Notes: generated from the letters alone by a model not told the origin. 64,000 nucleotides of DNA from Roseibacillus sp. (GCA_965242925.1 CBDEUM010000042.1:33807-97806), one strand, 5' to 3'; positions 19,533 through 28,844 are shown, counted from the first letter of the stretch. A program made the numbers and translations.

Positions 19533-20522
19533 ATGGCAAGACCCGTCTCCATTTTGTTATCCCTCCTGCTGCTCTCCGTGCTCGAAATTGCACGGGCCGA
19601 ACTGCTTTACTTCACCGATTTCGACGAGTTTCCCGAAGGTGATAACAAATGGGATGACTTTGATGGATGGCAGGCCAGCGACAATACCAGCGGAGCCCAA
19701 GCCATCGTAGCCGACCTCGTGGGGGGGGCCCTGGGAAACACTGCCACCCTGGGCTTCAACAGGCCCAACCGCGCCCTCACTACGGTGGCCAAATCGATCA
19801 ACTACGACCCCATCGCGACCGGCACGCCCCTCGTGTCCTTCAACCTCCTCTTCGGGATTGAGGACTCCACCGACTTCACCAACTACCGGCGCGACGATTT
19901 CTTCATCACCTTCTACAACAACCAGGGCGCGCCCCTGGCCGCCATCCGCATCTCCAATACCGACACCGACTACGGCTTCTGGTACCGCAATGGCAGCCCC
20001 CAGTCGTCAGGCTACGAGGAAATAGACACCGGCCTGGATTTTATCCAGGGCGAACTCCATGAGCTGACCGGAATCATCGACTTCGAATCCAACCGCTGGA
20101 CTGCGGAGATCGACGGCCTTCCGCTCTTTATCGACGTGGCCTTCAATGGCACCAATCAAGCGCTCTACTTCGGATTCATTGCTATCGAGTGGCAGATCGA
20201 CGAGGGATCTCCCGGCAGATACGGTGACAACTTCCTCCTGCTCTCCGATCTGCGCATTGAAACAGTGGAAGACCCGCCCCCGCCAGTTGTGATTGACTCC
20301 ATTGGCCACGATGCGAGAGGTGATATCCGGATTTCCTGGCAGGCCACTCCCGGGTTCAACTACGCCGTGGAATACTCCGATGACCTCCTGAACTGGCAGG
20401 GCGACCTCCCGTCCTCGACCTTCACTTCCCCTCCTGCCCTTCAGCCGTTCATCTTCACCGATACTACCGTCCTGCAGGCAGGAGGGCGCTATTATCGCGT
20501 CCGCCAAACCCGGGCCGAATAA
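19533..20522 (+). CDS. Secreted beta-rich hypothetical protein with Verrucomicrobia-type C-terminal domain
   Basis: Signal peptide; C-terminal 'ISWQATPGFNYAVEYSDDLLNW...FTD...RYYRV'. Confidence 0.75.
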   Translation: MARPVSILLSLLLLSVLEIARAELLYFTDFDEFPEGDNKWDDFDGWQASDNTSGAQAIVADLVGGALGNTATLGFNRPNRALTTVAKSINYDPIATGTPLVSFNLLFGIEDSTDFTNYRRDDFFITFYNNQGAPLAAIRISNTDTDYGFWYRNGSPQSSGYEEIDTGLDFIQGELHELTGIIDFESNRWTAEIDGLPLFIDVAFNGTNQALYFGFIAIEWQIDEGSPGRYGDNFLLLSDLRIETVEDPPPPVVIDSIGHDARGDIRISWQATPGFNYAVEYSDDLLNWQGDLPSSTFTSPPALQPFIFTDTTVLQAGGRYYRVRQTRAE

Positions 20523-20641
20523 GAACGGAAGGAGCCTCTCCAAATCCCCTAAAAGGGCCATCTCTCGTCCTGGCTCCAACCCCGAAACGGGTTATGCGCC
20601 AGCGGCAATTCTCCAAAACCCTGGCAAAATCCCTGACAAAA

Positions 20642-20668
20642 TGTAACCATCCCTCCGCCACTCCCGTC
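20642..20668 (+). promoter_or_regulatory. ECF-type promoter copy 3
   Basis: TGTAACCAT ccctccgccactcc CGTC, 64 nt before the second EF-hand gene. Confidence 0.8.
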
Positions 20669-20731
20669 TATCCCCTTGAAAGACACGGCAGCAGGCCCCG
20701 TCTCACTGAAACCTCAAGCACAAAAAGAACC

Positions 20732-21343
20732 ATGAAGATCAAATACCTCCCGATCCTCGCAATTGCCCTGGGCATAGGGATCGCAACCACCATCGCCGGA
20801 CATCGCACCTTCGGTGACGGCAAACTCCCCGAAATTCTTGAACAGTTTGACCTCAACGAGGACGGCGTGATTGACGAAGAAGAACGCCAGGCGGCCAAGG
20901 AAGCCCGCCGTGCCGCGCGTAGCGAACGCCGTGCCGAGCACATTGCGGAATTCGATACTGACGGCGACGGCGAACTCTCCGACGAAGAAAAGGAAGCCGC
21001 CAGAGACGCCCGGCGCGCTGCCCTCCAAGCCAAGCGAGAGGAAAAATTTGCCGAGATCGCAGGTGAAGACGGCAGTCTTGATCTTGACGAATTCGCTGCC
21101 CTGGCTCCCTTTGAAGGTGCGGATTCCGAGCGCGTGGCTGGCATCTTTGCCCGCCTGGATGATGACGAAGACGGCGCTGTCACTCTTGAGGAATTTGGCT
21201 CCCGCCTGCGTCATCATGGACGCCGACCCCGCCACCACGGCCCCCGCCACCACGGCCCCCGCCATCGTCCCCACCACCATCGCCGAGGCGGTGGCGAAGG
21301 CGACGAAGATGACGAAGGCGAAGGCGAAGGCGACGACGCCTGA
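20732..21343 (+). CDS. Secreted EF-hand protein 2 (paralog) with His/Arg-rich then acidic tail
   Basis: Signal peptide MKIKYLPILAIALGIGIATTIA; loops DLNEDGVIDEEE, DTDGDGELSDEE, AGEDGSLDLDE, DDDEDGAVTLEE; tail RHHGPRHHGPRHRPHHH. Confidence 0.88.
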   Translation: MKIKYLPILAIALGIGIATTIAGHRTFGDGKLPEILEQFDLNEDGVIDEEERQAAKEARRAARSERRAEHIAEFDTDGDGELSDEEKEAARDARRAALQAKREEKFAEIAGEDGSLDLDEFAALAPFEGADSERVAGIFARLDDDEDGAVTLEEFGSRLRHHGRRPRHHGPRHHGPRHRPHHHRRGGGEGDEDDEGEGEGDDA

Positions 21344-21380
21344 TTCCCGCAGACCGATAGTAGTTCCAGAAAATTTAATC

Positions 21381-21414
21381 AGAGGCGGCCCGACAGTGGG
21401 CTGCCTCTTTTTTT
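21381..21414 (+). terminator. Intrinsic terminator
   Basis: AGAGGCGGCCC-GACAGT-GGGCTGCCTCT followed by a T-run. Confidence 0.85.
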
Positions 21415-21566
21415 GGACGGCTCCCCCACGGTTTCCGCGCCTGCTTTCGCTGGCCTCCTCTACACTTGGAGGACAATCGGTCCCTCAAGCCTGCCAATAT
21501 TCGTGAACCTTCCTCCGCCCGAAGTGTGGCCTTTCCAATCGAAGGGAATTTAGCGAAGAACTGTGT

Positions 21567-22325
21567 GTGCGCCTTAAACTGACCATTGCCTACGACGGAT
21601 ACCCGTTCGGCGGCTGGCAGCTTCAACCCAATACCGATACCATCCAGGAACGCTTGGAAACCGCCCTGGCCGAAATCGCCAAGGAGCCCTTGCGCATCCA
21701 TGGCTCGGGCCGCACCGACTCAGGGGTGCATGCCGCTGGCCAGGTCGCTCACTTTGACCCTCCTGATGATCTCACCATGAATCCGGTCAACTGGGTGGCG
21801 GCCCTTAATACCAAGCTGCCAGCCACTATCCGGGTTTTGGAGTGCGAGGAAGTGCCGGATGCCTTTCACGCGCGCTTTTCGGCTCTCTCCAAGACCTACC
21901 ACTACGAACTCAGCACCGCTCCCATCCTGCCCCCTTTCCAGGCTGGCCGGGTCTGGCATCTCCCGCGCCAACTCGATCCCGCCACCCTTGAGGACTCCCT
22001 CGCCCTCTTCCGTGGTCGCCACGATTTCCGGGCCTTTGCCGCCAACCGGGGCAACGAAACGGCAGAAACCGACTTCCAGCGGACTCTCCGTGAGACTTCC
22101 CTCGCGCCGCTCCCGCAAGGCTACCTCCTCAGCTTCACCGGCGAAGGATTCCTCTACAAGATGGTCCGCCTCCTGACCGGAGCAGCTGTCCGGACCGCCC
22201 AGGGATCCTTCAGACTCGACGACCTCGCGGCCCTGATCGACCAGTCACCCGATCTTCCCCGGAGCAAGTCGCCGCTTTGTGCTCCGCCCGATGGTCTGAG
22301 CCTGCATGAGGTCCATTACGGATAA
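21567..22325 (+). CDS. truA: tRNA pseudouridine(38-40) synthase
   Basis: AYDG..FGGWQ, GSGRTDSGVHA.GQV, FHARFSA, HDFRAF, GFLYKMVR. Confidence 0.96.
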   Translation: MRLKLTIAYDGYPFGGWQLQPNTDTIQERLETALAEIAKEPLRIHGSGRTDSGVHAAGQVAHFDPPDDLTMNPVNWVAALNTKLPATIRVLECEEVPDAFHARFSALSKTYHYELSTAPILPPFQAGRVWHLPRQLDPATLEDSLALFRGRHDFRAFAANRGNETAETDFQRTLRETSLAPLPQGYLLSFTGEGFLYKMVRLLTGAAVRTAQGSFRLDDLAALIDQSPDLPRSKSPLCAPPDGLSLHEVHYG

Positions 22326-22576
22326 TTCTTCTCCCGGGCACTTTCGGGCTCTCTTCCTTGTTGGCATGCCGCCGAATCCAGGGGGTGCCGGACCGCTTGA
22401 TTGCGACGTGAAGCGCTAGCGGCAAATGCGCAAGTTCTCTGCTGTGACATTCCCGGCGCCGAGGTTACCGGCAACTGATAATCTGGAGTGCTGGCCATGA
22501 TGAAATGGCCCCTCTGAAGAGGGACCATTTGTTACGAGAACGGATCTGACTAAATCCGCAAATCGGTCCGCGAATC

Positions 22577-23788
22577 CTAGAAGTAGCTCCGGAATGCCAA
22601 CCACAGGGTGAGGGCGTCCACATCGCCTCCCGCCGTATCGAGGCGTTCCCATTCCACGCCGCTCATGATCTTGGCATTGTGGCCGCAGACGAAGTAGTTC
22701 AAACCTGCATAGAGGCTATGGTGCGCGTCCCCGCGCCCTCCGTTGACGTCAGCATCATGTTTGCGGCGAAGATAACGGGAGTTCGTTGCGATTCCCTCCG
22801 CTTCGTCGGATCCCTGATAGGAGTAGCGCACTACCGCCTCAAGCTTGTCCGCGATCAGGTCGCGGGATGCCATCGCAACAAATCCCCAGAAATCACCGCC
22901 TCGCTCGCCTGTTCCGTCATCACCGTTATCCCCGATCGTTCCCTGAAGGAGGAGGTTCCAGTCATTCCGCTCGGTCAGGTAGGCCAGGGCAAGGGCCCAG
23001 TCATAAAGGCCAACTTCGTTGTCCGCGGTGCCGTAGGCATCGTTGTGCAGGAAATCAGCGATCAGTTTGTCCCCGTTGCCGAGTTCAAGTGCACCACTGG
23101 CATACAAGGCGAGGCCTCCGGTATCGCGGGCAAGCTCCGGGGTGGACTCCGTGCTGAACACTCCGAATATTCCCGTGAAGTTTCCCTTGGCCTTCTTAGC
23201 CGTGATCCCTGTCAGGCGACTGGGATAAACCTTGTTAGCAACCGCAGAGCGCTCGACGGTCTTGATCTTTTTCGAGGACGTATGAACCTCATGACTCATG
23301 GTCACCTTGTGGCGGCCTACGCTGACATTGACTCCGTCGAGAGCACCTGCCCCGAGCAGAGCCCCCGCATCAAAGGAGACCAGGGCAACATCCAGGCTAT
23401 GATACCCATAATCGCGGGATCCTCCTTTAGGTCTGCTGTCCTTGATGAAATTGGCATTCGCCTTGACCTTGAAGTGCTTCAAGACCTGCAACTGGGCACC
23501 CAGGCGCAGGCGCCGCACCTCGTCGAAGGTCTCGGAGTCGTCAACACCACCGACCCCATCCACATCGGTGGAGGCGAATTGCACCTGGGCCCGGCCGAAA
23601 ATCTTCATGGCCTGGATCAGCATGGCGTCATCATTCGAGTAGAGCGGGGCACCCAAATCCTCGGTAAGAAGTCGGCACCAATCTCCGCCACCGTTGTCCT
23701 GGGGATTGTTGTCTCCAGCCAGCACTGCTCCCCCGGCAGCTGTCAGCCCAACCACGGTCATCGCTATTCGCTTATTCTTCTTCATCAT
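22577..23788 (-). CDS. Outer-membrane porin, OprO/OprP-like
   Basis: Signal peptide, 'RRLRLGA', 'TVERS', amphipathic strands, C-terminal F. Confidence 0.8.
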   Translation of the reverse strand: MMKKNKRIAMTVVGLTAAGGAVLAGDNNPQDNGGGDWCRLLTEDLGAPLYSNDDAMLIQAMKIFGRAQVQFASTDVDGVGGVDDSETFDEVRRLRLGAQLQVLKHFKVKANANFIKDSRPKGGSRDYGYHSLDVALVSFDAGALLGAGALDGVNVSVGRHKVTMSHEVHTSSKKIKTVERSAVANKVYPSRLTGITAKKAKGNFTGIFGVFSTESTPELARDTGGLALYASGALELGNGDKLIADFLHNDAYGTADNEVGLYDWALALAYLTERNDWNLLLQGTIGDNGDDGTGERGGDFWGFVAMASRDLIADKLEAVVRYSYQGSDEAEGIATNSRYLRRKHDADVNGGRGDAHHSLYAGLNYFVCGHNAKIMSGVEWERLDTAGGDVDALTLWLAFRSYF

Positions 23789-23850
23789 GCTCAATCGCTA
23801 ACGCGGCGCTAACTTAGTTGGCACGTTAAGATATGCTAAGCACAAATCGG

Positions 23851-23874
23851 AAATGTGACGATATCGTAACATTT
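23851..23874. promoter_or_regulatory. 24-bp near-perfect palindrome upstream of porin (putative operator)
   Basis: AAATGTGACGATATCGTAACATTT, one mismatched pair. Confidence 0.55.
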
Positions 23875-24033
23875 TTGACTATTCGCGCGTCGTGAGTCCC
23901 TTCCGCAAGCTGTCCCGGAGATACGCCCTGCCTGAGTCATGGACAGCGTCACTCAGCGCCGATAGATGCAACACACGGATATAAGCGGTTACAGGTCTCA
24001 TGTGACCCTCCCTTCACGGCCCTGAAGCAATCC

Positions 24034-26877
24034 CTACTTTACTTCAATCCGGTATGCCCCGGATTTGACCAGGTTGAGAGTAATACGTCCCTTCTTTTCC
24101 CTCTGGACGAATCCGCCCTCAAACCGGTGGTCTTCTCCGGGAGCCTTGCCGTCGATGCGAACGCTGGCCTCGGGGCCCGCTGGAAGCCGGACGGTAGCCG
24201 TGGTCTGGACAGGAATGTCACACTCGTAGAGGAGACTGCCATCCTCCCGGCGTTTCCAGTGAACGTCGATGGGCCCGCGACAGGAGCTGTAATGAGCCTT
24301 GACCCAGCTAATGGAAGCGGCCCCGGCCTGTCGCTCCGGAATCCAGGGCTCCAGGCGAATCCGTTGGAATCCGGGAATGGTCGTATCAATCCCGGCCACC
24401 TTGGACATCAGCCACCCGCTCACCGCACCAAAGCTCTGATCCAGTCCGGGATCCTGGGCCCGGCGTTTTTTCCCGGTTGGCCCCCAGGTGCTCCGCAACG
24501 TTGTTGCCCCCTGGTCGATCCCGTAACCCCAGGAGGGATACTTTGGGGTTTGCAGGAGCCTGAGAGCGACCTTGTGGTTGCCGGTCCAGGTCAGCACCGG
24601 CAGGAGAGATCTCGTTCCGAGGGCCCCGCTCGTCATGCCGCTGCTGGCAGGGCCTTCCTTTGCAGCCAGAAGGGCAAGGAGGTTTTCAATAACCTTGGTC
24701 TTTGACGCGTCGGTCAGCAATCCGAAGCGCAGCGCCATTACCTGAGCGGTCTGGGATTTCACCTTCAGGCTTCCATCCTCATTCACAAAATTCTTCCGGA
24801 ACTCTGCCTGCAGTTCGACGAAGGTCCTGTTATAGGTCAGATGATTGATGGGATTGCCCGCCACGCGGGACATTTCCGCCATGAGCCGGAAATCGAGGGC
24901 GAGCATGGCCAGGTCAATGAACCTTGAAGGAGTGGGGTCGTTGAGGTTCAGACGGTCACCTCGACTCGTTCCAAACACTCTCCCGCGTCCCATGCGATGC
25001 GCATCCTGGCGGGCCTGGAGATATTTTTTCATCGCCGTCCAGTTCTCTTTCACCACCTCTTCATCGCCATACATCCACCAATGATCAAAAACCGCCAGGA
25101 TCCCGGCATCAGAAAACCCTGCCCCGTAAGAGAGCCGATCCTCAGCAAAGGGGAAAGGGGCATGCCTGCGGTAGTAGCCCTGCCTGTCCCGGGCTCCCTG
25201 TAATTCCCTGAACCACTTCCGCAGGAAGGCTGCGTTGTCCGTGTGATAACAGGCGGATTTCGCAAAGAGCTGGACCGCTCCCAGGTCTCCCATGCGCTCG
25301 TTAACCAGCTCGGAGCTCGCGGGAAGGTCGATCCAGTTGGCACGTTGGGTCCAGACACAGTTTCGAAAAATCCGGTTCACCCGCTCGTCACTGCATTCAA
25401 ACCTGCTGGTAAGAGGCGTGTCGCTGTGGATGACCAGTCCCTGGAGAAGATCCGGCCCAGGCTTTCCGGGGAGTCCCTCCACCTCGGCAAAACGGAAGGT
25501 GTGAATCGTAAAACGCGGGGTCCAGCTCTCGGCAGTAGCACCCTTGCACACGTAGGTGTCGGTGGCGGTGGCATCCCGTTGACGATTCAGGGAAAGATCA
25601 CCGGCCTCCACCCCATAGCGAAGGGTGATCTTCCGGCCCTTCTCCATGCCCTTGACCTGCAGCCGGACATTGCCGGTGAAGTTCTGGCCGAAATCAAAGA
25701 GATAGCACCCGGGCCGGGAATTCGTGACGGTGACCGTGACGGGCTTTCTCTTCTCGACCACCCGGACAGGCGGTGCCGGGTAGCCTTCCAGGGTCCGTGG
25801 TTTCACGAAGCCGATTTCTGCCGTCCGCCGTCCGGTGCGATCCTGGAAAGGAGTCTTCACCGGCTTGCTGGAGGAGGCCTCTATCGCCTGTTCCCAAGCC
25901 TGATCATCGTAGCCGGTCGCCGACCAGCCCTTGAGTTCTTTGTTGGCGTCGTAGCCCTCACCCATGAGCAGATCCGCCTCAAACTCCGGCCCGGTGGTCA
26001 CTTTCCAGGTCAGGTCACTGGTCACGATGCTTCCGGTCCCGTCGGCGAACTCAAGGTGGAGCTGCGCCAGAAGGGCCGGCGTCTTGCCATAGATGTTGCG
26101 CCCGGTTCCGAAAGGACCAAACTTCTTCCGCTTTCCCGATCCGACGTAGCCGGCATACCAGCCGTCCGCCACAATCGCACCGAGACAGTTTTCTCCCTCC
26201 CGTATCTGCGAGGTGACATCGTAGCTGTGATAGTAGGTGCGCTGAGAATAGTCGCTCCACCCGGGCGCCAGATAGCCATCCCCTACCTTTTTCCCGTTAA
26301 GTTGGAGCTCGAAGATTCCCAATGCGCTTACATGAACCTGGGCGCGCACGATCTTCTTCTCCGCCGCAAAGGTCTTCCGATAGTAACGGGGCGGAGGAAG
26401 GTGGAGCTGAAGGGGATTTCGATGCAGAGGTTGTCCATCCTTGAAGGCAATCCACTTGGCCTTCCAGTTCCCGGCGCCAAGAAGGCCCATCGTGAAATGA
26501 CCGCTCTCGCTCCAGGGGGAGGCGACATCCTTCTCGTCCCAGACCTGAATCTTCCAGAAGACCCGCTGCCCGGACTGGAGGGGCTTTTCCCCCTTATAGA
26601 AAATGAGGTAGTTGCTGGAACTCCTTGTCTTACCCGTATCCCACAAGTCGCCCTCATGGCGGGCCAGGGTGGCCTCGGAGCTGGCTGCCAGGATACGGTA
26701 GGCCTGCTGGGATTTCCCTTTCCCCTCCGTCCTTAAAAGCCAGCTCAAGCGGGGGACCTCCGCGTGCAGACCGGTTGGGTTCACCCGGTGCTCACAGGTC
26801 AGATTCGTTACGACCAGATTCTCGCCAAGAAGCGGGAGGATCAGCAGGACGTTGAGGAGGAGGATTGGTGCTCTCAT
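24034..26877 (-). CDS. GH78 alpha-L-rhamnosidase-like protein with degenerate active site
   Basis: Typical GH78 architecture (PRLSW, LAPGWSDY, DFGQNFTG, PRFTIHTFR, QTAQ, YPSWGY.I.QGATT). Confidence 0.88.
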   Translation of the reverse strand: MRAPILLLNVLLILPLLGENLVVTNLTCEHRVNPTGLHAEVPRLSWLLRTEGKGKSQQAYRILAASSEATLARHEGDLWDTGKTRSSSNYLIFYKGEKPLQSGQRVFWKIQVWDEKDVASPWSESGHFTMGLLGAGNWKAKWIAFKDGQPLHRNPLQLHLPPPRYYRKTFAAEKKIVRAQVHVSALGIFELQLNGKKVGDGYLAPGWSDYSQRTYYHSYDVTSQIREGENCLGAIVADGWYAGYVGSGKRKKFGPFGTGRNIYGKTPALLAQLHLEFADGTGSIVTSDLTWKVTTGPEFEADLLMGEGYDANKELKGWSATGYDDQAWEQAIEASSSKPVKTPFQDRTGRRTAEIGFVKPRTLEGYPAPPVRVVEKRKPVTVTVTNSRPGCYLFDFGQNFTGNVRLQVKGMEKGRKITLRYGVEAGDLSLNRQRDATATDTYVCKGATAESWTPRFTIHTFRFAEVEGLPGKPGPDLLQGLVIHSDTPLTSRFECSDERVNRIFRNCVWTQRANWIDLPASSELVNERMGDLGAVQLFAKSACYHTDNAAFLRKWFRELQGARDRQGYYRRHAPFPFAEDRLSYGAGFSDAGILAVFDHWWMYGDEEVVKENWTAMKKYLQARQDAHRMGRGRVFGTSRGDRLNLNDPTPSRFIDLAMLALDFRLMAEMSRVAGNPINHLTYNRTFVELQAEFRKNFVNEDGSLKVKSQTAQVMALRFGLLTDASKTKVIENLLALLAAKEGPASSGMTSGALGTRSLLPVLTWTGNHKVALRLLQTPKYPSWGYGIDQGATTLRSTWGPTGKKRRAQDPGLDQSFGAVSGWLMSKVAGIDTTIPGFQRIRLEPWIPERQAGAASISWVKAHYSSCRGPIDVHWKRREDGSLLYECDIPVQTTATVRLPAGPEASVRIDGKAPGEDHRFEGGFVQREKKGRITLNLVKSGAYRIEVK

Positions 26878-26990
26878 GCTATGGAGGCAATGACGCCGGT
26901 GCGCGAGCTAGGGAACAGCAGGTTTCATTGATGGGCAAGAACGTCCTGCCTCCTGAGGCCCGGACCGGATTCTCCCGGTGCCGCCCCGGC

Positions 26991-27029
26991 AAAAAAAACC
27001 TGCCGGTCTTTCGACCGGCAGGTAAAAAA
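26991..27029. terminator. Intrinsic terminator of the PEP-CTERM gene
   Basis: A-run, ACCTGCCGGTC-TTTC-GACCGGCAGGT; gives a U-tract on the - strand. Confidence 0.85.
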
Positions 27030-27062
27030 CGACTAGTATCTGGTTCTGAGAACCTTCGCGCC

Positions 27063-27671
27063 TTAGCGCCTGCGGCGAATCAGGAGCGACAGCCCAGCGA
27101 GGCCAATAAGAAGGCTGCTGGAAGGCTCCGGGACGAGTGGGACAAGGGCAAGGGCCGCATTCTGGCTAGGAATAGGTCCTGGCTGGAGCGTGAAGGTATC
27201 AAAATCGCCAAGAAGAACCTCAGCGGTGTTATTGACGTTCACGGTCTGCACTGCAGGCTCGGAACCGGGAAAGTTCCCAACTCTGAGCACAGCTGCCTGG
27301 GTGGAGCTTGCCAGATCACCACCGTTCCCGAGAACGAGGTAAATAGGAGCTCCGGCCCATGCGGTGCCTGTAATGTCGCTTCCATTGTTGGAGATACTGT
27401 AGGTCCCGGCGAACGGTGCTGCGGTAATTGCTCCACTGGCACCGTCATAAACGGTGAAAAGGTCGGCAAGGCCGGCCGAAGTGAGAGTGTTGAGTGCGCT
27501 TGCATCGGAAATGCTTCCGATGGCAGCGAACCCGCCGTCAACAGCGGCCCCGGTATTGTCAACGACCGACTGGGTATTCACCGGCCCTGCGTTGTTTGTC
27601 ACCGTGACGCTGGCGCCAAAGGCGGAGACAGACGTCAGGGCGATAATAGATACTACGTGCTTCAGTTTCAT
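27063..27671 (-). CDS. PEP-CTERM sorting domain protein
   Basis: Signal peptide MKLKHVVSIIALTSVSAFG; C-terminal VPEPSSSLLIGLAGLSLLIRRRR. Confidence 0.93.
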   Translation of the reverse strand: MKLKHVVSIIALTSVSAFGASVTVTNNAGPVNTQSVVDNTGAAVDGGFAAIGSISDASALNTLTSAGLADLFTVYDGASGAITAAPFAGTYSISNNGSDITGTAWAGAPIYLVLGNGGDLASSTQAAVLRVGNFPGSEPAVQTVNVNNTAEVLLGDFDTFTLQPGPIPSQNAALALVPLVPEPSSSLLIGLAGLSLLIRRRR

Positions 27672-27759
27672 AGTGGTGTGTAATGAGTGATTGGTAAGGG
27701 AAGGGTTTCCGGTGAGCAGCGGGGGGCAACCCCTCAGTGCTCGCCAGGAAAGTCCCAAA

Positions 27760-28767
27760 TTAAAGATCCTCGTAATACGCCGGCGGGGTAACAGGTGCAT
27801 TGAAATCTGCACCAGTGCCATTCTGGCTGATGATGATGCCCGAGGTCAGTTCGACGTCCGTACCACTGGCGAAGGTGGCGGAGTTAAGCCATCCATCGAA
27901 CCCGGCGAGGGTCGAGTAGAAGTACTGGTCATATCCGCTGGCGTCTGCCTTGGGGAGATAAACCGTGTCAGCCTCGGTGGGGTCTGCGGCGGCGGAACCC
28001 GTCACGCTGTTGGCAAGACCACTGTTGCCGAGGGTGGAACCCACGGGGTAGGCGGTGCCAAGGTAGGTGAAGGCCTCGCTGACGGGGAGGTTCGTGCTCG
28101 TGGTCTTGACCATTCCGGTCACGACCAGCGAGATGTCCTGGGCTCCCTTCTCGTTGACGATGATTCCGTCAACATAGTTGAGGGGCAGGCCACTGGCATC
28201 AGCGAAGGTGGATGCATCCAACCAGCCGTCAAAGCCGGCGAGGGTGGAGTAGAAGACCTGGGTGAAGCCCGCTCCGTTCGGAACGTAGATGGTGCTTGCC
28301 TCGGTGGGGTCGGCGGCGGCGGAACCTGTGAGGCCCGCGGAGTTGTCGGCACCGAAGATGTCAGCAATCGTCTTGGCCGCGCGGATGGTGTAATCCGTTG
28401 CATCGGCAGCCGCGACACCGGCGAGACCGGTCAGGTCGTTGTTGCTCCAGCTGTCCACTTCAATGACGGTGCCTTCGGAAGCCGTGGCGCCGGTAATCTC
28501 GACGAGGTAACGGGCTCCTGCGGTGAGGACGTCGGTAAAGTTGACATCGGCATCGCTCAGGCTTGTCGCGGTCTGGGAATCAAATGTTCCAGAAACCACT
28601 TGGGGTTCATGGAGACGAATTCCGAGGACATTGAATTTGCCTGCGTTGATCGTGAGGGTTTCGTAACCGCCTGCGCCTGATACTGCCTCCTGCGAGAGGG
28701 CAGTGCCGGAGAGGAAGCTAAGCGAACCGGCAGCGAGTGCCGCTTTCTTTAGTGTCGTTGCTTTCAT
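27760..28767 (-). CDS. TIGR02597-like secreted surface protein with internal duplication
   Basis: Signal peptide, 'GYETLTI', two copies of TGSAAADPTEA.T.Y.P...FYSTLAGFDGWL, Ala/Thr/Gly/Ser-rich. Confidence 0.7.
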   Translation of the reverse strand: MKATTLKKAALAAGSLSFLSGTALSQEAVSGAGGYETLTINAGKFNVLGIRLHEPQVVSGTFDSQTATSLSDADVNFTDVLTAGARYLVEITGATASEGTVIEVDSWSNNDLTGLAGVAAADATDYTIRAAKTIADIFGADNSAGLTGSAAADPTEASTIYVPNGAGFTQVFYSTLAGFDGWLDASTFADASGLPLNYVDGIIVNEKGAQDISLVVTGMVKTTSTNLPVSEAFTYLGTAYPVGSTLGNSGLANSVTGSAAADPTEADTVYLPKADASGYDQYFYSTLAGFDGWLNSATFASGTDVELTSGIIISQNGTGADFNAPVTPPAYYEDL

Positions 28768-28844
28768 GGCTATTGGATGACTTTGATATAGGTCGTTTTT
28801 GTTTTTAGGGGTGTGTTCTCAGTTTCCGCAGGCAATCCACCTGC

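Noticed and set aside
18748..21343. EF-hand proteins as lanmodulin
   Set aside because: Loops lack the position-2 Pro typical of lanmodulin and no xoxF or lanthanide uptake genes are in the window; lanthanide binding remains untested.
23963..23993. TGTAACC...CATCTA on the - strand upstream of the porin as a fourth ECF promoter
   Set aside because: Spacer is 2 nt longer and the -10 box differs.
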